From: Camelus ferus
Lineage: Eukaryota
DNA length: 64,000 nucleotides
Assembly: GCF_009834535.1 (NCBI RefSeq)
Contig: NC_045697.1
Span: 1,118,001 to 1,182,000 of the forward strand
Direction: 5' to 3'
Shown: in pieces, positions 49,770-63,325 of the stretch
Numbering within the stretch: position 1 is the first letter of the stretch
How the letters are laid out: each line of letters starts with the position of its first letter
Program-made: the position numbers and the translations under genes
Notes under the pieces: model-generated
Database searches by the model: none
Told to the model about the DNA's origin: nothing
Seen by the model: the letters and a program-made list of their open reading frames with translations, nothing else

Positions 49770-51570
49770 TCAGTGTTTGCTAGTGGTACCCATTCTACAC
49801 AATCCCTGCCGGGAAACAGAAGATGAAGGCATACTTCCCAAGTCATTTTATGAGGCCAGTAATATCCTAATAACAAAACCGGACAAAGACATTTCAAGAA
49901 AAGAAAACTACAGACCGATGTCCCTCATGAATACAGACACGAAAATCCTAAACAAAATACCAGCAAGTCAAATCCAGCAACAGGACAGTCCCTCACGACC
50001 CAGTGGGCTCAGTCCCCCAGTGCCAGCCGTGGCTGGCTCAACATGTGAGAACCATTACTGCCACTCCCCGCACTAACAGGTTAGAGAAGAAGAGTCATTT
50101 GATCATCTCAACAGAAAACACATTTGACAGAATTAAATATCCGCTCATGAGAAGAACTCCTTTCAGCAAACCAGGAACAGGAGGGAGCCTCCAACACGGC
50201 CAGGAGGGCGGGGGCAAAACCCAAAGCTGCCGTCGTCCTTGACAGCGGAGCAGTCAACGTACTCCCCTTAAAACCAGGGATAGGCAAGGGCGTCCACTGC
50301 CAACACTCCTAGTCAGCCCGGACCGGAGGTCCTGGTCAGCTCAACAGGGCAAGAAAAGGCAACAAAAAGCACTCAGTGTGGGGGGAGGGCACAGCGCGGG
50401 GGCAGAGCGTGTGCTAGCATGCACGAGGTCCTGGGTTCAGTCCCCAGCACCTCCCCCAAATATAAATAAATCAACGTAGTTACCTCCCTCACAAAACAAA
50501 CAAACAAAAGACATTAAAAAAAAAAAAGCATGCAGTGCGACGGAAGGAACAGATGGGCCTTGCTCACTGAAGATGTGACTGTACACAGAGGATCCCATGG
50601 AAGCTACAAAGACGCTTCCCAGAACTAGTAAGTATGTTGCCCAAAGTATCGACATAAAGTCAATGCACAGAAATCAATTTTACGTCTACGTAGTACCAAA
50701 GACTAATCGGACACTGAAAAGAAATAAACAGTGCCATTTATAACAGCACCCCAGGATGTATTTAGGTACAAATCTGTATGTTGAGAACTATAGAATCCTG
50801 ATCAAAGAAATCAAAGAACCCCTAAATAAACAGAAAGCTTCACTGTGTTCATGGATTAGAATACTCAACATTAAAACGCCAGTGACTCCCAAACTGATCT
50901 ATAAATTCAGTATAATCCCAATAAAATGCCAGCAGGATTTTTCATAGCTGTTAACAAGCTAACTCTATAATTTACGGATCATAAGTATAAATGTAAAGTG
51001 TAAAACTACGACGCTTTTAGACGAAAACTTAAGAGAAAATCGTTGTAATGTTGTGCTAGATACACACCGACCGCACAGCGTGGTCCACGAAAGGAAGCAG
51101 CAAAAAGCTGGACTCCATCAAACTTCTTTGCAAATCACAGTGGATTCAAAATATACAAAGAGCCCCAGGAAACCTCAGCAATGGAAGGCACCTCCAGAAC
51201 GGCGGAGTGAGGAGCTTGCCGACTCACTCCACGAGTCTTACCCTGACGCCAAAGCCAGACACCAAACACAATATCCTTCATAAGCAGACACAAAGGTCCT
51301 CAACAAGACACAGGCTCACTGAATCTAGTGACATGCAAAACGGGGCACATGCCGTGACCAAGTGTGGTTTGTCTCCCAAGTGCAAGGCTGGTTTACAATC
51401 CAAAAATAACATAAAACATCAGATAGAATAAAGGACAAAAAACACACCATCATCACAGTAGAACATTAAACGAGTTCAACAAAATCCAACACTCATTCAT
51501 ATTAAAACATCTCAGTTAACCAGGAAAAGAAGGGACTTTTCTACACCTAATAAAGAACATCTACAAAATG
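49770..51570 (+). mobile_element. L1 ORF2 fragments (at least two pieces)
   Basis: ORF 49711..50076 [23 protein letters not shown]...[23 protein letters not shown] sequence (L1 Z/RT region). The same region recurs at ~51170-51570. Confidence 0.85.
50380..50527 (+). mobile_element. Vic-1-like camelid SINE inside L1
   Basis: 'ggggggagggcacagc...agcatgcacgaggtcctgggttcagtccccagcacctcc' plus A-tail; flanked by AAAAAGCACTCAGTG / AAAAAGCATGCAGTG. Confidence 0.85.
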
Positions 51571-52509
51571 TACTCTTTTTCATTAATTCTGGTGTCTAAA
51601 GCTGTATGAAACAGGATGTGTTCTCTATCCAACAGCATGTCAAACCAGGGTGAGACCAGGCTGTAACTCATGCACCCAGCCGCAAGCTGTTGGCAAGCAC
51701 ATCCTGACACCAGGGTCATCTGGAAACAAGCACACGATTCCTAAAATTACCCCCCCCAACACCTAGAACATGAGTCTTAATGCGAGTTGCTTTACCGACA
51801 GAAAAAGGGATAAATAAGGTTCCCACTTGTGTTCAGAAGGCAGTGAAGTGTAAACTGATGATCTTCAGATGATTATTTTTAAATGAACATGAAGGAAGCT
51901 TTTAATTAAATGCCATTTTTTGTTTTACAGTATAATAAATAATAGAATGAGAGAAATTTCATTAAATATCTAACTTATTTGGCACACTTTGTTAATTGTG
52001 TTCCATAATTTGAACATTTTAAGGAAAGTTAAAATGTTTTTCCCTCCCCCATTGCCGACAGGTACCAGACCACCCCCCGGGGGCTCCCACTGATCTCAAA
52101 TGCTCTTCTTCTCTGTTCCCCGCCGGCCATTCTGTCCACAGTGACCGGCTGAGGCAGGAATGACAGCTTTGGCATCTGACTAGGGCAGAGACCCTCCACC
52201 GTGAGTGCTGTCTCACTGTCAAGCTGCAGGGATAGAAGAGGACGGGCAGTCCCTGTAAGGCAGCCCCACACAGCCAGGTAAGAGTGCTGCGCACTCCCTG
52301 GAGGCTAGAGGAACTAAAGTCGCTGAATGAGAAAAAAAATTTCAACCAGAAATGCATTTATGAAGTGTCCCAAATATGTCTAGAGAGAAGAGTTATTAAA
52401 ATTAAATAAATCAGCTGTTTAATGTAGAACCAGAACATTTTGATGTAGAGCACCAAAAACATCTATGGAATCTTCTATTATACTGAGTGTTTTCTTCAAT
52501 AAAAATAAC

Positions 52510-52945
52510 CTTTTTATGTTGTAAGAGTTTCACTGAAAAGTTAGGAATTTGGCACAGGGAGTCCCCACATGCCCCTCACCCAGTTTCCCATATTGCGAGC
52601 ATCTCCTGTTTCTAGGGCGTTTTGACACAACTAAGACACCAACGTCGATACATTATTGTTAACTCCATACTTTATTTGGACTTCACCAATGTTCACCTGA
52701 TGTCCTTTTTCTGCTCCAAGACCCCAGCCAGGACACCACATCACACTCAGTCATATGTGTCCTTAGGCTCCTCTTGGCTGTGGCAGCGTCTCAGATTTTC
52801 ATGTCTTTTATGACCTTGTTTTGAGGAGTATTGGTCAGGCAGATTATCCCTCCACTGGGATTTGCTTGCTGTTTTTCTCATGGTTAGACTGGGATTATGG
52901 GCTTTGAGAGGAAGACCGCAGCGGGACAGACAGGCCACCTGACCC
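52510..52945 (-). mobile_element. L1MC-like 3'UTR remnant
   Basis: 'ccttgttttgaggagtattggtcaggc...gggatttgcttgctgtttttctcatggttagactggg' is characteristic of antisense L1MC 3'UTR. Confidence 0.7.
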
Positions 52946-52974
52946 TCCTTGGTGATCCTGGCTCTCCTCTCCTT

Positions 52975-55295
52975 TAAAATTTTTTGGTATCGTTCACAGA
53001 ACATTGTATTAGTTTTACACGTACAATGTAACGATTTGATATTGCAAAATGATCACCACAAAAAGTCCAGTTGACATCTGTCACCATACTTACTTTTTCT
53101 TGTGATAATTTTCAAGATCCACTTTCCTAGCTACTTTCAAATATGCAACACAGTATTATTAAGTATAGCCACCATGTAGTACATTACACCTCCATGACTG
53201 ATTCCTTTCATAACTGGAAATTTGCACCGTTTGACCCCTTCACCCATCCCCCACCTCCCATCCACCTTGTCAGGCAACCACTAACCTGTTCTCTATATGC
53301 ATGAGGTCATTTTTTTTTAAGATTCCACATGTAAGTGAGATCATACGTTATTTATCCTTTTCTGTCATACCTATTTCACTCAGCATAATGCCCCCAAGGT
53401 CCATCCATGTCATAAATGGCAAGACTTCGTTCTTTTTCCATAACTGCATAATATGTATAATATTTTATCCATTTTCTTTATCCATTCATCCATCAGTGGA
53501 CATTTAGGTTGTCTCCATGTCATGACCATTGTAAATAATGCCACGATGAATGTGGGGTGCGCATATCTTTTCAAATTAATGTTTACATTTTCTTCAGATA
53601 AGTACCCAGTGGAGTTGCTGGATCATACGGTAGCTCTGTTTTCAGGTTTTTGAGGAGCCTCCATACTGGCTTCCACAGTGGCTGCACCAGTTTCCACGCC
53701 CAGCAACAGTGTGTGCGGGCTCCCTCTCCTCCACACCCTCTCCGGGATTTGTTGTTTCCTGCCTTTTTGGTAACAGCCATTCTAACAGGTGAGAGGTGGT
53801 ATCTCCTGGTGGTTTTGGTCTGCACTTCTTTGATGATTTATTGACATTGAGCATCTTTTCAGGTACCTGTTGCCCATCAGTATGTCTTCTTTTGAAAAAT
53901 GTGCACTCAGACCTTCTGCCCATTTTTCAAATTGGTTTGTTTACTATAGAGTTGTATGAGTTCTTTGCATATTTTGGATATTAACTCCTTATCAAATATA
54001 CGATCTGCAGATACCTGCCCCATTTGGCAAGTTGCCTCTGCATGTTGTTAATGGTTCCTCTGCTGCACAGAAGCTTATTAGCTTCATGTGGTCCCGCTTG
54101 TTTATTTCTGCTTTTGTTGCCTTTGCTTTTGGTGTCAGATCCAAAAACTCATCACGAAGACCGGGGTCACGGAGTTGCCGCTGATGCCTCCTTCGAAGCA
54201 TTCTGTGGCTTCAAGACTTGCGCTCGAGACTTTCGCCCACTCTGAGCTGACTGTGTGTGTGTGTGGAGGGGGGCAAGCATCCAGTTTCACTCTTCTGCGT
54301 GCTGCTGGCCAGTCTGCCCAGCTCCATTTAGTGAAGAGACTGCTGTCCTTTCCCCATCGTATATTCTTGTACATACATCTGTTGTAGATTAATCGACTAT
54401 ATACACTTGGGTTTATTTCTGGGCTCTCTATTCTGTTCCATTGATCTATGTGTCTGTTTTTATGCTAGCACCATATTATTTTGATTACTATAGGTTTGTA
54501 ATATAGTTTAAAATCAGGGCAAGTGATGCCTCCAGCTTCATTCTTCTTCATCAAGATTGCTTTGGCTATTTGGGGTCTTTTGTTGTTCCACACAAATTTT
54601 AGGATTGTTTATTTCTGTGAAAAACGTCATTGGAATTTTGATAAAGATTGCATTGATTTATAGATTGATTTGGGTAGTATGGATATTGTAACAATATTAA
54701 TTCTTCCAATCCATGAGCACGGAATCTCTTTCCATTTATTTGTGTCATCTTCAGTTTCTTTCATTAAAGTCTTAGTTTTCAGTGTATAGTTCTTTTACCT
54801 CCTTGGTTGAATTTATTCCTAGCTGTTTTACTCCTTTTGATGCAATTGTAAATGGGATTATTTTCTTAATTTCTTATTCTGATAGTTTGTTATTAGTGTA
54901 CAGAAACACAACAGATTTTTATATCGATTTTGTATCCTGCAACTTTATTGAATTCACTTATTAATTCTAAAAGTTTTTCCAATGGAGTCTTCAGGATTTT
55001 CTACATATAGCAGCATGACATTTGCAAATTGTGACAGTTTTACTTCTCCCTTCCCAATTTAGATGACTTTTATTTCTTTTTCTTGCCTAACTGCTCCGGC
55101 CAGGACTTGCAGTACTATGTTGAATAAAATTGGTGAGAGTGGGCATCCTTGTCTTGTTCCTAGCCACAGAGGAAAAACATTCAGCTTTTCACCACTGAGT
55201 ATGATGTCAGCTGTGGGCCTGTCACTGTGTGACCTTTATTATGTTGAGGTATGTTCCCTCTACACTCGCTTTGCTGAGTTTTTATCATAAATGGA
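52975..55295 (-). mobile_element. 5'-truncated L1 (ORF2 3' half plus 3'UTR), antisense
   Basis: ORF 53583..53825(-) [26 protein letters not shown]...[29 protein letters not shown] 54135..54374(-) KNIRWGKDSSLFTKWSW. Confidence 0.92.
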
Positions 55296-55304
55296 TACTG
55301 ACCT

Positions 55305-55990
55305 CCTTTTTTTAAAATAAAATTTTAATTTTCAAATAGTTTTAGATTTAGAGATAAATTGTGAAGACAGCAGAGTGCCAATACACCCCTCCCCCAGTTC
55401 TCCCACCTTATTAACATCCTACATTAGTACAGTTCATTGGCCACAGTTAATGAGCCTAGTACTGACACGTTATTATCAACTAGAGCCACACGTGACTCAC
55501 ATTTCCTCAGTATTTCCCCGATGTCCGCTTTCTGTTCCGGGACCCCACACAGCATTTAATCATCACGGCCCCTAACTCCTCTGGGCTGTGACGGGTTCTC
55601 AGACCTTCCTTGTTTCTGACGACTTTGACAGTTTTGAGGAGTGCTGGTCAGGTACTTTGTAGAATGTCCCTCACCTGGGGTTTGCCTGATGTCTTTCTCA
55701 CGATTAGACTGGGGACACGGGCGTTGGGGAGGAGGGCTGGAGAGGTAAAGTGTCCGTGTCACCACATCACAATAGCACGGTTCCTGCCAGCAGACGGTTC
55801 TCCACTTCCGACGCTGCCCTTGACAGCCCGGCTGAGGTGTGCTTGCTCAGGTCCTCCACCGTAAAGCTACTTCTCCCTCCTCCTTCCATGTGGCACTCTT
55901 GGGAAGACGTCACGATGCACAGCCCACTCAGCCTGGGGAGCTGTGCCCCACCTCCTTGAGGGCGAGCACCTACGTAGGTTAACTCCAAGG
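55305..55990 (-). mobile_element. Second L1MC-like 3'UTR remnant
   Basis: 'ttgacagttttgaggagtgctggtcaggtactttgtagaatgtccctc...gtttgcctgatgtctttctcacgattagactgggg'. Confidence 0.75.
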
Positions 55991-56362
55991 GGGATTCATC
56001 CACTTTCGGAAGGCCAGGATTCGGTCTGAGTTCACTTTGCACTGCTCTCCTTCCCAGGACTGCAGGCGCAGAGGCACTTAATAAACATTGGGTGGATGGA
56101 TGCAGCAGAAATCAGGAATTAAGTTAAAATGGCAATTTACACATGTGCATTCAATTTGTGATTACTGATATGATTTGGATGACCCCCATCTCACTCATGC
56201 AGCAAACACTCCTTTTTAAGCACTTGGCACGTGCTGGCACTGCTGGAAGTAGGGACCCCATCGATTTAACAGCTTTGCAAGTGTATGAAACAACCTCACT
56301 GGGGAAAGTTGCTAGGGGGCTGTGGGGAAAAGTTGCTGATGGGAAATGACTGGATTCTGGAG

Positions 56363-56390
56363 GGCAGAAGGCAGAAGGCAGAAGGCAGAA
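56363..56390. repeat. (GGCAGAA)4 tandem repeat
   Basis: ggcagaa ggcagaa ggcagaa ggcagaa read directly. Confidence 0.9.
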
Positions 56391-56499
56391 AACAGTGCAC
56401 AGAGTCACCGTGCTCTAGTTTATAAAGCTGTTTTCCACAGCGGCCCGGGGGAACCTTCCTGAAACCACTGTACACGTGCACTGAAGATGAACAACTGAG

Positions 56500-57080
56500 T
56501 AGGTAATGGGGGATGGGGGAAGCCAGGCTTCTCATGTTGAGACAGGGAGGAGGCCAGAATGGTCCACGTGGAGACGGACTGCAGACGGAGACCTCAGGAT
56601 GGGCTCCTGTTTACCTTCACACAGATGCAGATGGTTACATATAGAAACATTCATAGACACGTGTGCATACACAGGTTAGTGTACACACACATCCCCCCAC
56701 TCTGTCAGCTGAGAGGACCTGGGAGCAATCACGCCCAGGCCCCATAGCAAAGAGCACACCTGGCACTCAGGTCTTGGCCTCTCACACTGTCTCCAGTAAA
56801 AGCAACCAGGGCTCCTTGAGATATGGCTGATTCTAGGGCGGGGGCAGGAAATATACGATGAGCCTGGAGCATCTGCAGTGCCGGAGGGTAAGGAAGTGAC
56901 ACACACACACACACACGCACACACGCACACTGAAGAGGTGCGGTCAAAGGAGGAGCCGGCTGAGAGAGCCCCCACTAGCCAACGCTGGAATAATCTGAAC
57001 AACAAATACTGCCGGGTCGGATAGAGTAAATATCCATGAGATCGTGCGACGTAAATAAGTGACTGGATAAATAAATAAAA
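56500..57080 (+). mobile_element. L1MC/MD-like 3'UTR fragment containing a (CA)n tract
   Basis: 'ctccagtaaaagcaaccagggctccttgagatatggctgattctagggcgggggcaggaaatatacgatgagcctggagcatct'; (CA)n at ~56899-56930. Confidence 0.7.
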
Positions 57081-59439
57081 CTCTTGTCTAGTTTGGGAGA
57101 CATACCCCTAAATGACACATGCCAGGTTCAAGTGAACAATACTGAGAGAGCCACAGGGAAGTTCCACGGGTGCGCTGTGGGGGAGTAGAGGGAAGTCAGA
57201 CACGGCAAACCTCCAGGAAGCAAGGGGACAGGAAGCAGTCTCAGAGCCATGTCATCTTCTTTTGTCATTGTCCTTCGGGGCCCATCCCTCAAGGACTTTA
57301 TGGAAACGGGGGTGGGCCCACACCACGCTCTCCACGGATCACACCTTTCCCATTTCTCTGTGAACGTCTGCTCATGTACGTGGGTTCCTGTCCACAATGT
57401 ACAGGAAAGGCTTCTGCACGTGTTACCATGGCAAAATCCTTAACCAGAAAAAGCCCCGTCTCTGCAGCCTCGTGCACAAGAGAACACTCATGCATGTGTC
57501 CGCCTGGGTGAGCCGTGAATGCCCACGCGTGTGTGTGATCAAAGACCAAGGGCCATCAGAGTGACTGTGGTGGGGATGTGACAACCAGTGAAGAGCCGTC
57601 CCATGGGGTGACAGTCTGAATGTGGTGAAGCCCGTGGGCAGTGCCCAGCACCCTGGGCACAGACGGAAGCCTGGTAGTCACAGCCCAAGACGGCATCCAA
57701 GGCAGACGTGACTCTAGCGAACGGACGCTGTCCAAGACCAAAACCAGACACAGCGCACAGGAAGAGCTGTCCGTTTCTGAGGAGGAAGCAGAAGGAAACG
57801 ATAGCGACTTGTAGGTGTCACTCTGGCAGGAGGGCTGGACTCCCCGTTAACCTCCTCAGGTGAGGGCTGACACCAAGTGGTGAAACGGATGTTTCTCCAT
57901 GCAAAAGCAGCAGTCAGTGCACCCAACGCGCGGGAGTCAGTCGTTACTGACACGGCATCAGCAGTCCCCTCGCGCGGCCCCTCAGTGGAAACGTGGGCCT
58001 CCCAGTCCATGAGTCTCCTGGACCCTCCAGAGTGGGCCGCAGGGTGGGCACCCAGCCCCGGGACCGCGCATCAGAGCACTGCTCTGAAACCACCCCAAAC
58101 TGTAGGAACTGAAAGCACAGTGGACACGACACTCTCCGCTAGGGTACATTCACATGTCTGAAGGCCGCTCCCAAGTCCTCCGTGTGGCAAGCACAGCCAG
58201 GCCCCAGCTGCCCTGGGCGCCCTCCCAGCCCCCGTCAACGGCTATGCGCAGTCCGAGGCACCCGTGAGAGGCAGGAGTGACAGAGACCTGGCACTCTCCA
58301 AGCAGGCTTTCCTGGTGACTCTGGCACGTTTAGAAAAATAGGAGGCGGATCTAGAAAAATTGAGCGCCAGCCGCCGTCACCTCACACACAGCAGAAGGCA
58401 GAGGCGACGCTTCAAGTGTATGCCCTGGCATTTGTTTAAGTGTCAGTAGTTGTAAGTGAAGGCGCCAAGCAGGGAACAGTCGTAACTGGGCAAAAGGAGG
58501 CTGCACCTGCGGGGCCCCTCACCCCGCCTCCCTGCTCAGGCACTGCGTGGCCTGGGTATCCTTGTCAGTCCAGTGATCAGTCACCTTCAGTTTGGCCGAA
58601 GTTTCCAAACTGGAGGTGCCACACCGAGGAGGCAGCCGATTGCAGGCACCGTGACGGTAGCCCTGTCTTCACTGTGTGCCCTTGGAACCCCGGGAATGAA
58701 GCCCAACAGCAGGAGTAACCCAGCAAGGCACCCTGCCGTCCTCCGCCTCATCTCTACGGGACGGCAGCTCCAGTGTCTCCCGAGCACTGTGCGGGCACCA
58801 CAGGCTGTTGGGAATAAATGAACAAACTGCGCTCTGCCAGGACGAAGCCTCTGAGGGCGGGCCCGCCTGTGGTGTCACCCCTGTGTCCTCAGCACCTGTG
58901 ACCCTTCCTAGCACGCAGGAGCAATCCACAAATACTAGTTGAGAGAATGAAACGAAAAAGAAATAATTTTCACAATAACCCAGGCATTAACCATTTCATG
59001 GATGAGACGGTGAGACTTCCACAAGCTAAGTGACTTGCTGGAGTCGCAGCGCTAGGAAACGAGCTGGGACCCGCTCTCAGGTCTGCCTAAACTCAGGGAT
59101 CGGCTGCCTCCAGAGCGCTGTTGGTGCCAGATGTTTCCTGAAATCATGATTCTCAAGAGTACAAGAGAAAACCAAACCTCCGCAGCAGAGACGTGGACAG
59201 GACAGCTGGCACAGAGAGTGCAGCACCCCACGCATGTGCCCACGGCGGCGCCAGCGCGGGGCCGGCGCACCGCACTTTGCCTGGCCGCGGGCCCCGCGGG
59301 GGCTCGGGCGGCCTCGGCGTGTGCCATGGCCCCCTCTCCCGGCTGCGTCTCCCCCGGACAGCTGCGTGGCCCCTTCCTTCTCCCCATTAACGCTTTTGTT
59401 CAGTTGTCACCTCTCCCATCAGTCCCTCTCTGTCCCCCT

Positions 59440-59645
59440 TGGGAACACTGCCTTCCCCGACTCTACACTTTCCACAGCATTTATCACCCTCCACATCACA
59501 ACTAACCTAGCACATCTGTTGTCTGTCTTGTGCCCTCCAGCCCCCCAGGCTCCATGAGGGCAGAGGTTCTGGTCCATTCAGCAGCAGCTCCTTGAGCGGC
59601 CAAGTACACAGACGTGCTCAGTGAGCGTCTGTGGGATGAGTGAGG
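59440..59645 (+). mobile_element. L2 3' end
   Basis: 'cacagcatttatcacc...ggctccatgagggcagagg...gtgctcagtgagcgtctgtgggatgagtga'. Confidence 0.55.
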
Positions 59646-61129
59646 AGCGGCAGGATGTGGGGCTGGAGGAGGCGGTGGCGGCACGAGTCCAGGCCCTGAG
59701 AGCCCAGGCAGAGGCCTCAGGCTGGCACCTGAGAGGTTCTCAGGCTGCTGTGCAGGACGTGGAGCAAACTAGAGCGGAAACTGGGAGGCGAGAGAAGGGC
59801 AGTGGAGGGCAGAGGACAGCAGCAGGCAGACCCCACAGGACCTGGCGGTCAGCTGGGCATGGCAGAGTCCTGCCTGAGGGACCGGGCAGCTGAGGGAGGG
59901 AAATGTGACTTTTTCACAGAGAGGCCTGAAGGAGAGCGGAGTGTAGAGAGCCGTGAGGGCTGAGAGCTTGCACGCTGGTGGGGAGCTGCTGGGGAAGGAG
60001 GCAGGAGCAGCGAGGAGTGGGGAGCTGAGAGCTGGGAGGGGAACAGGGCCCCAGGGTGGCCCACCCGGAGAAGAGGGAGACAGATGCGAGGGGCCACGCC
60101 AAGCCGGGAAGAGGGGCAGAACTAGTCAGCGGCAGACAGCACGCCAGCAGGCTGACGGTGTGGCCGAAGTGGGGGCGCAAGGCAGCGCACAGGGCCCGGA
60201 CCAGAGAGCGCGGGAGCCTCTGCCAAGCAGGGAAGGAGGCTGGGCCCAGTGGGGCCAAGGGTGCGCCGCCGGCCAGCATGGCTGCGGGGAACAGGCTCCT
60301 CTCCCTCCCGCTCTTTGGCCCTGGTGGTCGGTCAGCTGCAGGTCACAACCAGTGCTTTCAAAGGTGTCACTGAATAAGACAAAAAGGAGCAGTGTGCATT
60401 GGTCAGAGTGGTGCCCGCTCCCAGCCTCCTCCAAGTGCCGGCGTCCCCGTAGCAAGGCGATGCAGGGGACGTGCTGGAACGCTCCGCTTCACACTGTGGA
60501 GAGAGCCATGGGGACTGACGGGGCCGCACGTTTTATTCTATATAGAAACAATAAAGTAATAAAGCACTAACATAACAAAGTATAGAGACTTAAAAATCCC
60601 ATTTGGGTTTCAAATAGAGGTGCAGATTTAGTGATAATTATCCGATTTATGAAAATCTTGCTTAATCAATATTTTGATAGACACGTAAATGATACCACAT
60701 AGGGGATATTCAGCAGCAAAGCAGAAGAAGCCACACACGAATAATGTAGAGACCATGGCTAGAGTAACTCAAATTAGCTACCGTTAACATTTATGTGGGA
60801 CTACCATTTACCGGTGAAAATAGGGCTTAAATATTGGACCAGGAAAGCAAGGCCTCTTCATTTGGTGGTGTAGTCTGAGCCCTGAGACAAATTTCCTAAG
60901 AACCTTAACCAAATGACAACTTAAGGGCAGCTCGCACACTGGAAGACAGAATAGAACATTTGCTGTCAGAACAAAAAAGACAGGTAACAAATAGCCCTTA
61001 CTTTTTTTAGTGCATTCAGAGGGACATTGGTTAAATTAAACTTATCCTATGCAGCAGGTTTAAAATGTGTAACCCTTATTTCTGCTGATAGCAGGAAAAA
61101 TACCATAATCTTGCCACTTGTGAAGGACA

Positions 61130-61605
61130 CTGGCTGTTTCGGGCCATGAGGCATCTTCTTTCCCTTTTTCCTTAGAAAATGGCACTCCGGTTTTCATTAG
61201 GGCCCTCCCGTCTTTACATCAGCCAGCAGAGCCCATCTTCTGGCCACAGTGACTAGTTCAAGGATGGCCTGTGGCTGCTCCCGACAGAGGTGTAAGGAGA
61301 TGCTTGCTGAGGGCGTCTGCAAAAGAGGTTTCCTCCTTTCATGAAAGCTACATGGAGAGACGTTGTTCATCCCCACTGAAGGGAAACTCATTAGGTATTG
61401 CTAAAACCTACTGGGATGCCTAGGAAGAGAAGCTGAGAAAGGGGGGACAGAAGCTGGACCTGCCAGTACAACTTTGACTGCCAGATCAAACCTTGCCTGA
61501 AGCTAGCCCTTCCTTAGACTTCTAAATCAGGTATGCTGAGAAAGACTAATTGTTTAGATCAATGTAGTCTGATTCTCTGTTACATGCAGCTGGAAGTGTT
61601 TGAAT
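61130..61605. mobile_element. MaLR LTR (MLT1J/K-like)
   Basis: 'tggccacagtgactagttcaaggatggcctgtg...ccttgcctgaagctagccc...ttctctgttacatgcagctggaag'. Confidence 0.55.
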
Positions 61606-63139
61606 GAGTCAGCAGATTAGAGGTGTTTTAATCACCAGTTTGGACTCTTGGGGAAAAGCAATTAGTCGGTGTGGGACTCACGGTCCTCAAAGCCCAGCTG
61701 CTCTCCCCTCTCAGTCTTACTTCTCCACTCGTGCTGCTCCTGCCTCAGGTGGTATCTGTGGGGAGGAGCCTACATACCCCACAGCATCAGGATGATGGGT
61801 CCCATGTCAACAGCTTGTGGCCAACCGCCCTTGCTGCTCCTGCCGGTGACGCCTGCTAGCACACCAGGGCCAGCATCCGACGGCCCCTCGTCTGCCGACT
61901 GGGTCCTGGCCTTGGCCCTGCCTGGCATGGCTAGTCTGTGGGAAACTCAGACGTCTCCTACATGTAGACTGTGGGACTGTCCACCTCATAGCTCCCTCTG
62001 TGGCCCAGCCGGAACCAGACAAACGTGGTGGTCCTGCACTTCCCACCAGAGGACCACAGAACCAAGGACCATGGGAACTCATGCCCCTTGGGGCCCATGG
62101 AGACTGGGCAGGAGAAAGCCGCCCCAGGCTCCTTGCCTCAACACCCATGCCCTGTCTTGGCTTAGAGCTCCTGGAAAGGACTGCCTCCTCCCAGGCTTCT
62201 AGGCTAGAAGCCCAGCCTCACCGCCGTGTGTTACAGGCCACGGGGGTCTAGTCCCCTCCTCTGGCTGCTCCCCAGGGGGTTGGGCCAGAGCCCTTTGAGA
62301 GATGCTCGTGCCTCTTCCTCTCAGCACTTCCTCCAAGCCCACAGGAGCTCTCCAGCCTTCCTGTGAAGTGGACCTGCCCCACAGTGTATCTTGCATGCCT
62401 TACATTATAAACTTCATAAGGCAAAACTCTGAAAATACAAGTCTCTGAGTCTTGATATTTAAAGAGAAGCTTCTGAAATTAGAAAAATAAATAAAACCTG
62501 GAACGCTTTTTGATCTTCATTTCTGATACTTCCCTCGTTTCTGCTGTGCCCTTTCGCAAGTTCTGTGTTGGAAGCCAGAGCTGAACAGAGACTTCTTTAT
62601 TCTCAGCTGTATCCCCCCCTCCCTCAAAGAAACAGAGGCCTTAGCCCCAAAGAGCAGGCAGTTTCGAAGAAGCAAGAGGTGCTGGGAATGAGATACAAAG
62701 CAGACAGTGTTTTGAAACCATCCCTGTGCAACTAAGTATTTTGTCTGTTAGAACTGCCAATAAGAAGGCGACCCTTCCAGGAAGACGGCGTGGACACACT
62801 CTCCCTATTCCTCCCGCTGGTACACTAAACGCCCTGACCACTGTGCATAAAGCACCTGTGAGACGGCTCTGACGGCGGGGAGAACGAGGCAGACTGGCTA
62901 GGGCCCACAGGACCCGGCTTCCTTTGCTTCATACGTCTCAGATTGGATGCTGGAGAAGCCAGTAACATGGACAGGCCAATGGCCACCGACAAAAAAAAAA
63001 AGCCCCAGCAAAGGCCTGCTCTCTCCAGCCAAAGGACAGGACAGGGCCAAACCAGCAAGACAGAGAACTTCCACACAAGGGCAGTACCACTTTGGTCAAA
63101 CACTACAGGAAAAAACCCGCGGCTGAGTTTAGCAAGTTT

Positions 63140-63325
63140 AGCATTCTTGCTAAAGTCCCTCTTCGTAATTTTCCATCCACTGATCCTCTTCCCCTCCCCA
63201 TTGGCTGTAAATCCCCAGCTGTCTTTGCTGTATTTGAAGTTGCATTTGCCCTCTCTCCCCTACTGCAATAATCTTGAATAAACTCTTCCTTGTCTGTTTA
63301 GCTCTGGTGCAATTTTTCTTTGACA
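63140..63325 (+). mobile_element. ERV1-class LTR 3' fragment (MER34/39-like)
   Basis: 'gctgtaaatccccagctgtctttgctgta...cttgaataaactcttccttgtctgtttagctctggtgcaatttttctttgaca': AATAAA plus a terminal ...ACA. Confidence 0.6.

Noticed and set aside
50380..50460. tRNA gene
   Set aside because: tRNA-like A/B boxes are followed by a SINE body, A-tail and TSD. It is a Vic-1-like SINE, as are the 12661, 26867 and 36466 copies.
52510..55990. Two similar ~450-650 bp blocks flanking an L1, resembling LTRs or a segmental duplication
   Set aside because: Both match L1MC-type 3'UTR and are highly diverged from each other, so they are independent insertions.
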